Source: Clostridia bacterium (GTDB lineage Bacteria > Bacillota > Clostridia > Oscillospirales > CAG-272). From it: a stretch of DNA of 61,541 bases. The translations under genes were made by a program, and so were the position numbers. Location: the NCBI GenBank assembly GCA_017623975.1, contig JAGANX010000018.1, forward strand, positions 1 to 61,541. The letters run 5' to 3'. Positions 30,890-40,164 of this stretch are shown in pieces. The notes beneath the pieces are model-generated. The model was not told where the DNA came from. It ran no database searches and saw nothing but the letters and a program-made list of their open reading frames with translations. Within the stretch, counting starts at the first letter, position 1, and the number at the start of each line of letters is the position of its first letter.

Positions 30890-32764
30890 TTAAAATGTAA
30901 CTGTAAGCCTTTCGCCCTTTTTCAAGTGAACTTTTTTAAAGTCCAAAAGCTCGGGGTGTGGCTCATATTTGAATTTCAATACTGAATAGTCAGTATCGTA
31001 GTCGCCGCTGTTTGTAAGCTCAACGGTGTTTTCGTCAAGCCAATTTTCTTCAACCTTACTGTAAGTTAAGCCATAGCCAAAGGGATATAGGGGCTTGCCC
31101 TTAAAGAACTTATATGTTCTGTTTTCCATACTGTAATCTCTGAACGGTGGCAAATCCTCAGTGGATTTATAGAAGGTAACGGGCAATCTGCCGCTTGGTG
31201 AGTATTTGCCAAGCAATATGTCTGCCACTGCGTTTCCCCCCTCGGAGCCCGGGTAGAAGCATTGAAGCACTGCATCGCATTTTTCATCCTGGTCGCAAAG
31301 TGCAACTGCACTTCCGCTAACATTTATAAATATTGTTGGCTTGCCAAGGGCAATTACTTCCTCATAAAGCTTTCTTTGGGGGGAAGGCAAATTAAGGTCG
31401 TTTTTATCTCCTGCCTTGTCACCGTTAAAGTCGTCACCCTCCTCACCCTCGATTGATGGGTTAAGACCCATACAAAGAATAACAACATCCGCCATTTTAG
31501 CAGTAATAACCGCTTCACGAAGTGGGAAGCCTGTCCAGTTTCCGTCTGTTTTTGTTGCGTGACATCCCTTTGCATAGATAATTCTGCCATCAAAGCTATC
31601 CTGCAAGCCGTTAAGAATTGTTACATATCTTGAAGGTGTACCGTTATAGTTTGCGTGTAATACGCTTCTGTCATCTGCGTTCGGACCGATTACCGCAATA
31701 GTTTTTACATCCTTGGAAAGTGGCAAAATACCGTTATTCTTCAAAAGAACAATGCTTTCCCTTGCCATTTGCCTGTTAATTTCCAGATGCTTTGGACATT
31801 CAACCACATCATAAGGGATTTTATCGTATTCGCAATCGCTGTCAAACATACCAAGGCGGAAACGAGCCTCAAACAGCTTTTCAACCGCTTTCGTTATAGT
31901 TTCTTCATCAATCAAGTCCATTTCATAGGCTTCATAAAGCGCAAGATACGCATCTCCGCAGTTAAGCTGACATCCGTTGTTTACCGCTAACGCAGCACTT
32001 TCTGCCTCGGTGTCTGTTATATGGTGTCCCCTGTTTATATCTGCAATGGCACCGCAGTCTGAAACCACATAGCCCTTAAAGCCAAATTCACCGTACAAAA
32101 TGTCCTGCAAAAGAGTTTTGGAGGCGCAGCAAGCCTCGCCGTTTACCCTGTTGTAAGCGCCCATTACTGCGCTTGGGTCGGCATGGTCTATACAATATTT
32201 AAATGCAAAAAGATATGTTTCGTAAAGGTCCTCTTTGCTAACCCTTGCATCAAAGCCGTGGCGTTCATATTCAGGGCCGCTATGTACTGCATAGTGTTTA
32301 ATTGTAGCGTCTAACTTTCTGTATTTGCCCTCACCCTGCAAGCCTTTAATAAACGCTGTACCCATTTTGCCTGTCAAAAGCGGGTCCTCACCATAGGTTT
32401 CGTGTCCTCTGCCCCAGCGTGGGTCACGGAAAATGTTAATGTTCGGTGACCAATAGGTAAGTCCTTGGTAAAGCTCTGTTGAGCCGAATTTTTTAAACTC
32501 GTTATATTTTGCCCTTGCCTCATCTGAAATAGCTGTGGCAACCTTATACATTAAGTCTGTATTATAGCTTGCAGCCATACCGATAGCCTGTGGGAAAACC
32601 GTTGCGCAGCCCTGTCTTGCAACACCGTGCAAGCACTCGTTCCACCAGTTGTACGCAGGCACGCCCAATCGTTCAATAGCAGGTGCGTCATACCTCATTT
32701 GCGCCATTTTTTCTTCAATGGTCATTTTGCTAACCAATTCTTTTGCTCTTTCCAAAAAGGTCAT
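30890..32764 (-). CDS. GH3 beta-xylosidase-like glycosidase
   Basis: WWNECLHGVAR, WSPNINIFRDPRWGRGHETYGEDP, KHYAVHSGPE and VSDC. Confidence 0.92.
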   Translation of the reverse strand: MTFLERAKELVSKMTIEEKMAQMRYDAPAIERLGVPAYNWWNECLHGVARQGCATVFPQAIGMAASYNTDLMYKVATAISDEARAKYNEFKKFGSTELYQGLTYWSPNINIFRDPRWGRGHETYGEDPLLTGKMGTAFIKGLQGEGKYRKLDATIKHYAVHSGPEYERHGFDARVSKEDLYETYLFAFKYCIDHADPSAVMGAYNRVNGEACCASKTLLQDILYGEFGFKGYVVSDCGAIADINRGHHITDTEAESAALAVNNGCQLNCGDAYLALYEAYEMDLIDEETITKAVEKLFEARFRLGMFDSDCEYDKIPYDVVECPKHLEINRQMARESIVLLKNNGILPLSKDVKTIAVIGPNADDRSVLHANYNGTPSRYVTILNGLQDSFDGRIIYAKGCHATKTDGNWTGFPLREAVITAKMADVVILCMGLNPSIEGEEGDDFNGDKAGDKNDLNLPSPQRKLYEEVIALGKPTIFINVSGSAVALCDQDEKCDAVLQCFYPGSEGGNAVADILLGKYSPSGRLPVTFYKSTEDLPPFRDYSMENRTYKFFKGKPLYPFGYGLTYSKVEENWLDENTVELTNSGDYDTDYSVLKFKYEPHPELLDFKKVHLKKGERLTVTF

Positions 32765-32880
32765 AGTATTCTCCCTTTAACATAAAATTTTCCATTTTTA
32801 TTATACAATAAAGGCATTGATAAATCAAGGCGAATATGGTACAATTATAAGACAATATTTAGTTTTTAACGGAGAATTAT

Positions 32881-33663
32881 ATGTTATACCAAGCACAGCA
32901 CTCCATAATTGCCGATAAGGTGACCCTTGAAAGCGGAATCAACCTTAATTTTCCTACTCATATTCATAATAGCTTCGAAATAATAATAGCCACAAGCGGA
33001 GAAATGGAAATAACCGTAGCGGGCAAAAGCTACATAATTTCAGGTAATGAATGCGTATTGGTTTTCCCAAACCAGCTACACGAAATTAAAACGGAAAGAT
33101 ATGCAGAGCATGCTATTTTGATTTTTTCGCCCCAGCTTGTCAGAGCATTCAGTAAAAAATTTGAATCCCACGTACCTAAAATCAACAAGTTCTGCTTAGA
33201 CAATTTTTATATTAACAAAATAAAGAGCCTTGACGGTAAAAGGTCCACGGTGGAATTGAAGGGTCTTTTGTATTCAATTTGCGGCGAATTTGATAAAAAT
33301 GCGGAATATTTTGAGTACAAGGGTGATGGACAAAATCTGCTATTTAAAATCTTTAATTTTGTTTCTGAAAACTATAAGGGTAAATGCTCTCTTTACGAGC
33401 TGGCAAAGGAAACTACTTATAATTATGTATATCTATCCAAGCATTTTTCCAAAAATACGGGAATTAGCTATACCGAATACGTTTGTCGCTTCCGTATAAA
33501 CGAGGCTTGTTATCTTCTAATGAATACAAATAGCTCCGTGCTTGATATTGCTTACGAATGTGGCTTTGATTGCCTTCGCAGCTTTAACAGAAACTTCAAA
33601 GCAGTAATCGGCACATCCCCAAGCGCATATAGAACGCAAAAAGCAAAAAACCGGGTAGAATAG
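32881..33663 (+). CDS. AraC-family regulator
   Basis: Cupin motif HIHNSFE; C-terminal DIAYECGFDCLRSFNRNFK; divergent from the GH3 gene. Confidence 0.9.
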   Translation: MLYQAQHSIIADKVTLESGINLNFPTHIHNSFEIIIATSGEMEITVAGKSYIISGNECVLVFPNQLHEIKTERYAEHAILIFSPQLVRAFSKKFESHVPKINKFCLDNFYINKIKSLDGKRSTVELKGLLYSICGEFDKNAEYFEYKGDGQNLLFKIFNFVSENYKGKCSLYELAKETTYNYVYLSKHFSKNTGISYTEYVCRFRINEACYLLMNTNSSVLDIAYECGFDCLRSFNRNFKAVIGTSPSAYRTQKAKNRVE

Positions 33664-33664
33664 T

Positions 33665-33694
33665 AAAAAGCTGTGTATCGCTACACAGCTTTTT
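33665..33694. terminator. bidirectional terminator
   Basis: AAAAGCTGTGTA/TACACAGCTTTT. Confidence 0.75.
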
Positions 33695-33701
33695 ACTTTA
33701 T

Positions 33702-33846
33702 TCAGTTGAATATGTTAACAGCGGTCATTATTATATTTCCGCTATCGTCTCCGTTTCTTTCAACCTCATATTTTTTCGTTGGAGGCTGCTACAACATCCT
33801 GCGTTTCAAAAACGGTTATTTCCCATTTATGCGTGGTATATATTAT
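33702..33846 (-). pseudogene. probable degenerate small peptide gene
   Basis: GAGG RBS, then ATA in place of ATG; reads IYTTHKWEITVFETQDVVAASNEK, with a frameshift in an A6 run continuing YEVERNGDDSGNIIMTAVNIFN*. Confidence 0.4.
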
Positions 33847-35543
33847 TGCTTCGCCTCTTCAACCTTATTATATGAAACAAAGTAGTATTTTCCGTTAAAG
33901 TCACCCACAGAATCGTCCTGCATATAGGAGTATTCGGTAGTATCACCGTCTGTTACAGCTACGTACGCGCCCATTGCAAACGTTATGTCCTTTTGCTCAT
34001 TTGTAAAGCCGATTACCTTTAACTCAAAGGTTGTAAAATTATGCTTTGTTACATCTACAAAGATAACGCCCTTTGATGCTTCTCCGTTTTCAAAAATTTC
34101 CTTATTTCCAAGATTGTTTTCGGACACTGCAAAAACACCGTAGGTCAATGTCTTACCCGTTATATTTGTGTACTCCTCTATTGCACTGCTGTTTGCGATA
34201 AAGCAAATGTCAATTCCCACTTCACCGTTTTCCGCTACCGAGTAGCCAAGGCAAACAAAGAGGGGTTCTGTGCTTGATGTATTTGGAGCCTTGTTATATA
34301 CGCAGTTACTGTTTTGGCATACTTGGGTTTTTGTTCCGTTTTCAAGATAGTTTGAATATTCTATTTTGGTTATATAATTGTGAACAGGGTTATCAAGCAT
34401 TACCACACTGCCGCATACCGTACAAATTCCGGCACAGCTATTTGAACTGCTCTCATCAATTGTGTGACCGTAATATACATCACAAGCGCTTGTGCCTGAA
34501 ATAATGTATCTGCCCTCGGTATAGCTTTGGGGGCTTGCTACATAGTCAGTATATGAAATAATTGCAGTTGCTGAAATTGCATCCTTAATGGTGTTTAAGT
34601 ATTCGGTATTTGTTGTAGTAAAGAAGAAATACTTGCCTATGTCTTTAAAATCCAAGGTGGTATTTCCATCTACGCACTCATAAAAGTTCTCTTTAAACGA
34701 GGTTGCATCCATAGTAGGATTGTCACCAAGAATGTAAATGCTTGTAAGAGAGGAGCATCCCAAAAAGTTACGCTGTCCAAGGTCGGTATCATTACCCAAA
34801 ATATAAATGCTTTCAAGATTAGCACAATTTTTAAAGTTGTCAACACCTAAACTTGTGATATTGGACGGAAATACGATCTCTGTTATTGCTGTATTTGAAA
34901 AACGCCAATTATTATTTTTCGAGCAAGCAAGGGAGTAGCTTGCCCCCGGTGCAAGTCGAACGGTGTGAAGATTTGTGCAGTTGTAAAAATTGCGGACTCC
35001 GCCAAAGCCACCGTCAAGATTTGTACATTCTGATAAATCAACCAATCTTAACGCTGTGCTATTTTTAAAATACTCGCAAAAATCCTTCAAGCCTTCATTA
35101 AAGTAAATGTATTGAATGTCTGAAACCTTAAAGCCATTGTTTATGTACTGAAAGTTTGTCAAGCCTCTTAAATTAACTACCACAGTCTGACACGACTCCT
35201 CTGTATATACCTCATACTCGCCCGTGGCAGAATTCCAGATGTGGAAATTAATATTTTCCAGCTGTGTCATCCAACTTTTGTTGATTGTGTAGGTTACATA
35301 GGTGTCGTTATTTGCGTTTGGCTCGTTACGGTTGTTGGGCACTGATTTGTAAATATTGTCACCGTTTTCATCTACTCCGCTAACGTACCAAATCAAAGGG
35401 TTATTCTCCTTATCATAAATAGGAAGGTGGGTGCCGTCTGCAAGAATAGCATTTTCGCTATAATCCACAGCAAGCACAGAGATTGCAAAAAGACAAGAGA
35501 AAACCATAATTCCAAGGAATGTGAGTAAAAGTTTTTTCTTCAT
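33843..35543 (-). CDS. secreted LRR protein with a C-terminal GYS domain
   Basis: Signal peptide; FKNCANLESIYI-type repeats; LFVCLGYS..YGVFAV..FELKVIGF. Confidence 0.78.
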   Translation of the reverse strand: MKKKLLLTFLGIMVFSCLFAISVLAVDYSENAILADGTHLPIYDKENNPLIWYVSGVDENGDNIYKSVPNNRNEPNANNDTYVTYTINKSWMTQLENINFHIWNSATGEYEVYTEESCQTVVVNLRGLTNFQYINNGFKVSDIQYIYFNEGLKDFCEYFKNSTALRLVDLSECTNLDGGFGGVRNFYNCTNLHTVRLAPGASYSLACSKNNNWRFSNTAITEIVFPSNITSLGVDNFKNCANLESIYILGNDTDLGQRNFLGCSSLTSIYILGDNPTMDATSFKENFYECVDGNTTLDFKDIGKYFFFTTTNTEYLNTIKDAISATAIISYTDYVASPQSYTEGRYIISGTSACDVYYGHTIDESSSNSCAGICTVCGSVVMLDNPVHNYITKIEYSNYLENGTKTQVCQNSNCVYNKAPNTSSTEPLFVCLGYSVAENGEVGIDICFIANSSAIEEYTNITGKTLTYGVFAVSENNLGNKEIFENGEASKGVIFVDVTKHNFTTFELKVIGFTNEQKDITFAMGAYVAVTDGDTTEYSYMQDDSVGDFNGKYYFVSYNKVEEAKQ

Positions 35544-35728
35544 ACAAATTCTCCTTTTTTAATACTGAACTATTGTGCCTAAATTTAGAATATACCAATT
35601 CAAGTATGGATTCAAGACAAAAGATAGACATAATATAGACAAAATTTAGCCAATCATACTCGTTTTCAGAGAAAACAACTTAATTTACGAGAATTTATTT
35701 ATCCTTTCACCGTGCGCTAATTACCCAA

Positions 35729-36562
35729 TTAAACAGTTGAAAACACCTTCTTATATTTTTCCATAAAATCCTTGCTTGGAGCCGCAAATTCCTTGAAGGG
35801 TAAGGAAAGCCCCTCATATTTGTGTGCCCCCATGTTGTGGTAAGGCAAAAGCTCCGCTTTTTCAATACCCTTTCCCTTTAAATAGTTAAAAATTCGAAAA
35901 AGCTCCTTATCGGTGTCGTTAAAGCCGCCAATTACGGGTGTGCGCACCACTATTCTTTTTCCTGCTTTTATAAGCCTTTCAAGGTTTTCTAAAATCAGTG
36001 TGTTAGATACACCTGTATGCTCCTTGTGCAATTCCTCATCTATGCATTTTACATCATATAAAAAGGTGTTTACATAAGGCAGTATTTTTTCAAAGTAGGA
36101 AAATGGCACATTTCCTGCTGTGTCAACTGCGGTATTTATACCGTTTTCGTAGCATTTTTCCAAAATTGACCTTAAAAAATCAATTTGCAGCATACATTCC
36201 CCACCGGAAAAGGTAACGCCGCCCCCTGTTTGACTGTATAGCGCCTTATCCCTTTGGATAATTTCAAAAAGCTCCCCTGTATTATACTCTTTTCCGCAAA
36301 TTTCTTTGGCGTCATTTGGGCAAATCAAGGCGCAATTTCCACACAGGGTACACTCTTTTTCATTATTTTGGCAGATTTTTCTGCATAAGCCACACCCTGT
36401 GCATTTGCTTTTGTAAAAGAGCATTTCCTTGTAATTTTTTATCCCCTCGGGGTTGTGACACCACTTGCATTTTAAGTTACAGCCCTTAAAAAATACGGTT
36501 GTCCTTACCCCGTCACCGTCAACAAAGGAGGAGCGTTGTATATCAAAAATCAGCCCCTTCAT
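35729..36562 (-). CDS. glycyl-radical enzyme activating protein (radical SAM)
   Basis: DGDGVRTTVFFKGCNLKCKWCHNPE, ferredoxin-like insert, GGVTFSGGE and ELLPYH. Confidence 0.93.
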   Translation of the reverse strand: MKGLIFDIQRSSFVDGDGVRTTVFFKGCNLKCKWCHNPEGIKNYKEMLFYKSKCTGCGLCRKICQNNEKECTLCGNCALICPNDAKEICGKEYNTGELFEIIQRDKALYSQTGGGVTFSGGECMLQIDFLRSILEKCYENGINTAVDTAGNVPFSYFEKILPYVNTFLYDVKCIDEELHKEHTGVSNTLILENLERLIKAGKRIVVRTPVIGGFNDTDKELFRIFNYLKGKGIEKAELLPYHNMGAHKYEGLSLPFKEFAAPSKDFMEKYKKVFSTV

Positions 36563-37941
36563 TTGTCCCCTTGCTTTCCCGCCAAACGAATAACCGAGTA
36601 TATAATTATTTCAATTGCGTTTAAAAGCCCCTCTATACTTGTGTTTTCATCAGGCTGGTGGGCGCAGCCATGACCTGTGGGTAATTCAAGCCACCCTCCC
36701 CCGAAGCGTGTACCTATTTCGCAGGCATTTTCCATACACTTTGCATAGGTGCTTCCTGCGTTTATGCACATTGGCTTTTCCGTTTCACCTGTATATTCTC
36801 TATATGCTTCCATATATTTTTGCAAATACGGGTGGCTTTTGTCAATAGAGTAAGCTTCATCACTGCTTATAATTTCAAGGTCAAAGCCAAGCTTATCAAG
36901 GCTTTTTTCAAGTACCTTTATCATTTCCTGCGCTTTGACATCCTTTCCGTAGCGAATATCAAGGGTAAAGGAAAGCTTACCGTTGGCTACTTCTACAATT
37001 CCGTTTGTCATTGTTAAGTCGCCAAACTCACTGTCCTTATTATCAATTCCAACGCTTTCCCCATACGGTGAGCTTAAAACGGTATATAGATCATTCATTA
37101 TTTCTCTGTCTCCGCTATTCAATGCTTTACTGTCCTTCAAAAGCTCGGCAATTAAGCATGCACCGTTAATTGACCCGTTAGGGGTTGCGCCGTGGGCTGA
37201 AACGCCCTCGGATTTTATCACAATTTCCTCACCCTGTTTTTCTATTTTTACCCTTTGCGTTTCTTTTAAGTCTTCGAAAAGCTCTTTTGTATATTTTACT
37301 CTTGCCTCACCATTTGCAAGAATAATATTTATCATCTTGCCACCAAAAAATTCACTTATGTCCGTAAGCGTCTTTTTTGCGCTCACCCTTGCCCACGTTT
37401 TACCCTTGTCGCCGTAATAAACAGGGAAGCCTGCATCTAAAACCAACGAAAAGGTGGGGGGAGTGTTTGTTTTGACATAATTTTGTATGTCGCTCATCCC
37501 GTTTTCTTCATTTAAACCGGTAAAGCAGACTATTTCTTTTTCTACGGGAATATTAAGCTCTTTTAAGGCAATCAAGGTATATAGTGAGCAAATTATTGCG
37601 CTTTTATCATCCCACGCTCCTCTGCCTATTATAAAATCACCGTGTATTTTCGGCTCAAAGGGGTCACTTGTATATAACCAATTCTCCCCGCCTTCAACCA
37701 CGTCACCGTGGGCAAAAAGCCCAATCAACTCACTGCCCTGTCCGTGGTGGGCAAGCAAATATTCTTCCCCGTCCGTTGTTTTAAAGCCATGTTTTTGGTA
37801 AAGATCTTTCACCGCACTTGCCATTTGTTCACAAGCTGCCCTATCCGTTGAAACGGAAGGGATTTTAATTAAATCCATTAAGGTAGAAACTATTTCTTCC
37901 CTTCTGCCTTTGACAAACTCTTTTATTTTTTCCCTTATCAT
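36559..37941 (-). CDS. M20-family metallopeptidase (PepV/Sapep-like dipeptidase)
   Basis: AHGDVV, GRGAWDDK, NEE, GVSAHG and AHQPDE. Confidence 0.88.
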   Translation of the reverse strand: MIREKIKEFVKGRREEIVSTLMDLIKIPSVSTDRAACEQMASAVKDLYQKHGFKTTDGEEYLLAHHGQGSELIGLFAHGDVVEGGENWLYTSDPFEPKIHGDFIIGRGAWDDKSAIICSLYTLIALKELNIPVEKEIVCFTGLNEENGMSDIQNYVKTNTPPTFSLVLDAGFPVYYGDKGKTWARVSAKKTLTDISEFFGGKMINIILANGEARVKYTKELFEDLKETQRVKIEKQGEEIVIKSEGVSAHGATPNGSINGACLIAELLKDSKALNSGDREIMNDLYTVLSSPYGESVGIDNKDSEFGDLTMTNGIVEVANGKLSFTLDIRYGKDVKAQEMIKVLEKSLDKLGFDLEIISSDEAYSIDKSHPYLQKYMEAYREYTGETEKPMCINAGSTYAKCMENACEIGTRFGGGWLELPTGHGCAHQPDENTSIEGLLNAIEIIIYSVIRLAGKQGDK

Positions 37942-40058
37942 TTTTTTACCGTTCTTTCTATAATATCATTTTGTATACTCGGCTTAAGCTTAACAAAATA
38001 ATCGGAAAAGCCTGTTACACGCACACGAAGTGACTTATATTTTTCAGGCTCCCTTTGGGCGCACAGCAAATCATTTTGCGAAACATAAGTAAGCTGAAAA
38101 TGTACACCGCCGTTTATAAAGTAGTGCTCTAACATTTTGCAAAGCTTTAAAAAGCTATCGTCATTTTTCACCACCTGCTCGTCAAGCGTAATGTTAGTAA
38201 CGGTTGCGCCGCATCCGATTGCATTTTTATCAAGGAGTGCCACAGAGTTAAGCAAGGCGCTAAGCCCCTGTTTATCTCTGCCCTCGCTTTGTCCAATGCC
38301 AAATTTTAGCCTGTCCTTATTTTTTCGTCCGTCAGGGGTTGCCCTTGTGTTTTCGCCAAACCATTTGTGATGCTCGTTATATCCAAGCAAATCCCCCACA
38401 AGCCAAGGATAGCCAAACACATTTTTCTTGTTTTTGTAATAATTATATAGGCTATTATAAAGCTTTTGGCTCACAAAAAGCGACACAGGGTCGTCATTTC
38501 CAAAGAATTTGCCTGTTTTTATAATTTTCGTGTACAAAAGCTCATAGCCTTGCCAATCAGCCCTAAGCGCACTAATCAATTCCTCCATAGTACAGCATTT
38601 TTCATCATATATAAACTGCTTAACTACGATTAGGGCATCTATTAAATTCGTTATTCCAATAAGCATAGGAGATGCAACCACCACATCCCCACCGCCTTGG
38701 GTCAGGCTTTTTCCACTCTCTATACATCCGTTAAAGAACAGGCTTGAAATGTAGTTATAGTCCTTTGCCCTTTCAAGATTATAAAAATTATCATAATCAA
38801 AAATCTTATGTAGGTCACTGTAAAGCTCTTTTTCAAATTCAGCATAAAACTCCTCATAGGTTGATAAGTCCTTTATGCTGTCCCCCTTTTCGTGAAAAAG
38901 TGTTTCTATACATTTTAATATATTGCCCTTTGAGCTACTGCCTGTAATTGCGCCTAAAAACGCGGGCTCGTTACACCCTACCATAGTGTAGGAAACTGCA
39001 CGGTCATAAGGAATACCGCAAAGCTCGTGATAGCATTTTATCCTTTTTTCGTCATTTGTAAAGGCTATTCTTTTATGTGGGTCAAGCCTTTCATATTCCA
39101 TAGCATATTTAAAATCGTCAAAGGAAAGCTTTTCAGTCCACCTTAAAGTTACCTGTGGGATATATGTAGGCAAATCAACCATGCTTGAAATTATCAAGCG
39201 GGACAATTCATTAAAGCAATCCCTTCCATTTTTGTCATAGCCGCCTACACAAAAGTGGCTCTCTCCCCCTCTTGTAAAGTGGACGGAGTCTATATGGGTT
39301 GATGCCTGTACCATTAAATAAAGCTCTTGTAAATATTGCTGTGCTTCTTCTTTTGTCAAAGCACCGCTTTCAATATCATTAAAATAAAAGGGGGACAAAA
39401 ATCTATCAAGAGTGCCTAAGCTATCAGGGTCAGCGCTAAAACACACATATATTGTCAAAACCGCCTCGTAAAAGCTTCTTGGCTTGTTTTTTGGCACGTA
39501 CATAAGGGCTTGCGCCAATTTTTCAAGCCTTTGGCGGTTTTCTTGGTTCTTTACACCCTTGGCAAATTCCATTACCCTGTTAGCGCACTTATCACTCCAC
39601 TTAATAAGAGTGCTTGCCACCATTTTAAGCCCATTCAAAAACTCGATTTTTTCAGGGTCGGTATGGCTCTTAATTGATAAATCTATTTCCTCAATTATAC
39701 CGACAATTCCCTTTTCCAAAACCTTTTTGTAGTCAGCGGTTGCATGCTGCCACTCCATAGTGGAAAGGTTTTCTTGTGGCTTCAAATAGTATTTTTCAAG
39801 CGCCCTTGCAGTATATGTGTGACCTATACGCTTAAAGGCGTCACCCACAACCTGACCGTTAAAATTAAATCTTCCCGTAAGGGCGGAATGCTCTGTAATT
39901 TTCGGCTCTTGGTTTAAAATATACTCACAAAGCTGTATTGCTTCATTTTCAATTCTTGACTTGCTTTTATCAAAGGAGGAAAGCTCTGTTTCCTTACCAT
40001 ATACATACATTTTTCCCTTTAAGGTTAAATCCGTTAAAGCCCTAATTCTTTTGTCCAT
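37938..40058 (-). CDS. glycyl radical enzyme (PFL superfamily), substrate unknown
   Basis: Single active-site Cys in MVGCNEP; ATPDGR; glycyl loop LRVRVTGFSDYF. Confidence 0.88.
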   Translation of the reverse strand: MDKRIRALTDLTLKGKMYVYGKETELSSFDKSKSRIENEAIQLCEYILNQEPKITEHSALTGRFNFNGQVVGDAFKRIGHTYTARALEKYYLKPQENLSTMEWQHATADYKKVLEKGIVGIIEEIDLSIKSHTDPEKIEFLNGLKMVASTLIKWSDKCANRVMEFAKGVKNQENRQRLEKLAQALMYVPKNKPRSFYEAVLTIYVCFSADPDSLGTLDRFLSPFYFNDIESGALTKEEAQQYLQELYLMVQASTHIDSVHFTRGGESHFCVGGYDKNGRDCFNELSRLIISSMVDLPTYIPQVTLRWTEKLSFDDFKYAMEYERLDPHKRIAFTNDEKRIKCYHELCGIPYDRAVSYTMVGCNEPAFLGAITGSSSKGNILKCIETLFHEKGDSIKDLSTYEEFYAEFEKELYSDLHKIFDYDNFYNLERAKDYNYISSLFFNGCIESGKSLTQGGGDVVVASPMLIGITNLIDALIVVKQFIYDEKCCTMEELISALRADWQGYELLYTKIIKTGKFFGNDDPVSLFVSQKLYNSLYNYYKNKKNVFGYPWLVGDLLGYNEHHKWFGENTRATPDGRKNKDRLKFGIGQSEGRDKQGLSALLNSVALLDKNAIGCGATVTNITLDEQVVKNDDSFLKLCKMLEHYFINGGVHFQLTYVSQNDLLCAQREPEKYKSLRVRVTGFSDYFVKLKPSIQNDIIERTVKK

Positions 40059-40118
40059 AAGTGCACCGCCTTTCTTTTTAAATTATATCTTATCATACTA
40101 CCGTTTTCAATATATTTG

Positions 40119-40149
40119 AAAAAATCACCGAGAGAAATTCTCTCGGTGA
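40119..40149 (-). terminator. intrinsic terminator of the polymerase-like gene
   Basis: TCACCGAGAGA-ATT-TCTCTCGGTGA followed by T6 on the minus strand. Confidence 0.8.
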
Positions 40150-40164
40150 AGTTGCTTGTTTAGG

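Noticed and set aside
37938-40058. Calling the GRE pflB, cutC or hypD
   Set aside because: It lacks the PFL Cys-Cys pair, has GCNE rather than GCVE, and has no diagnostic neighbours
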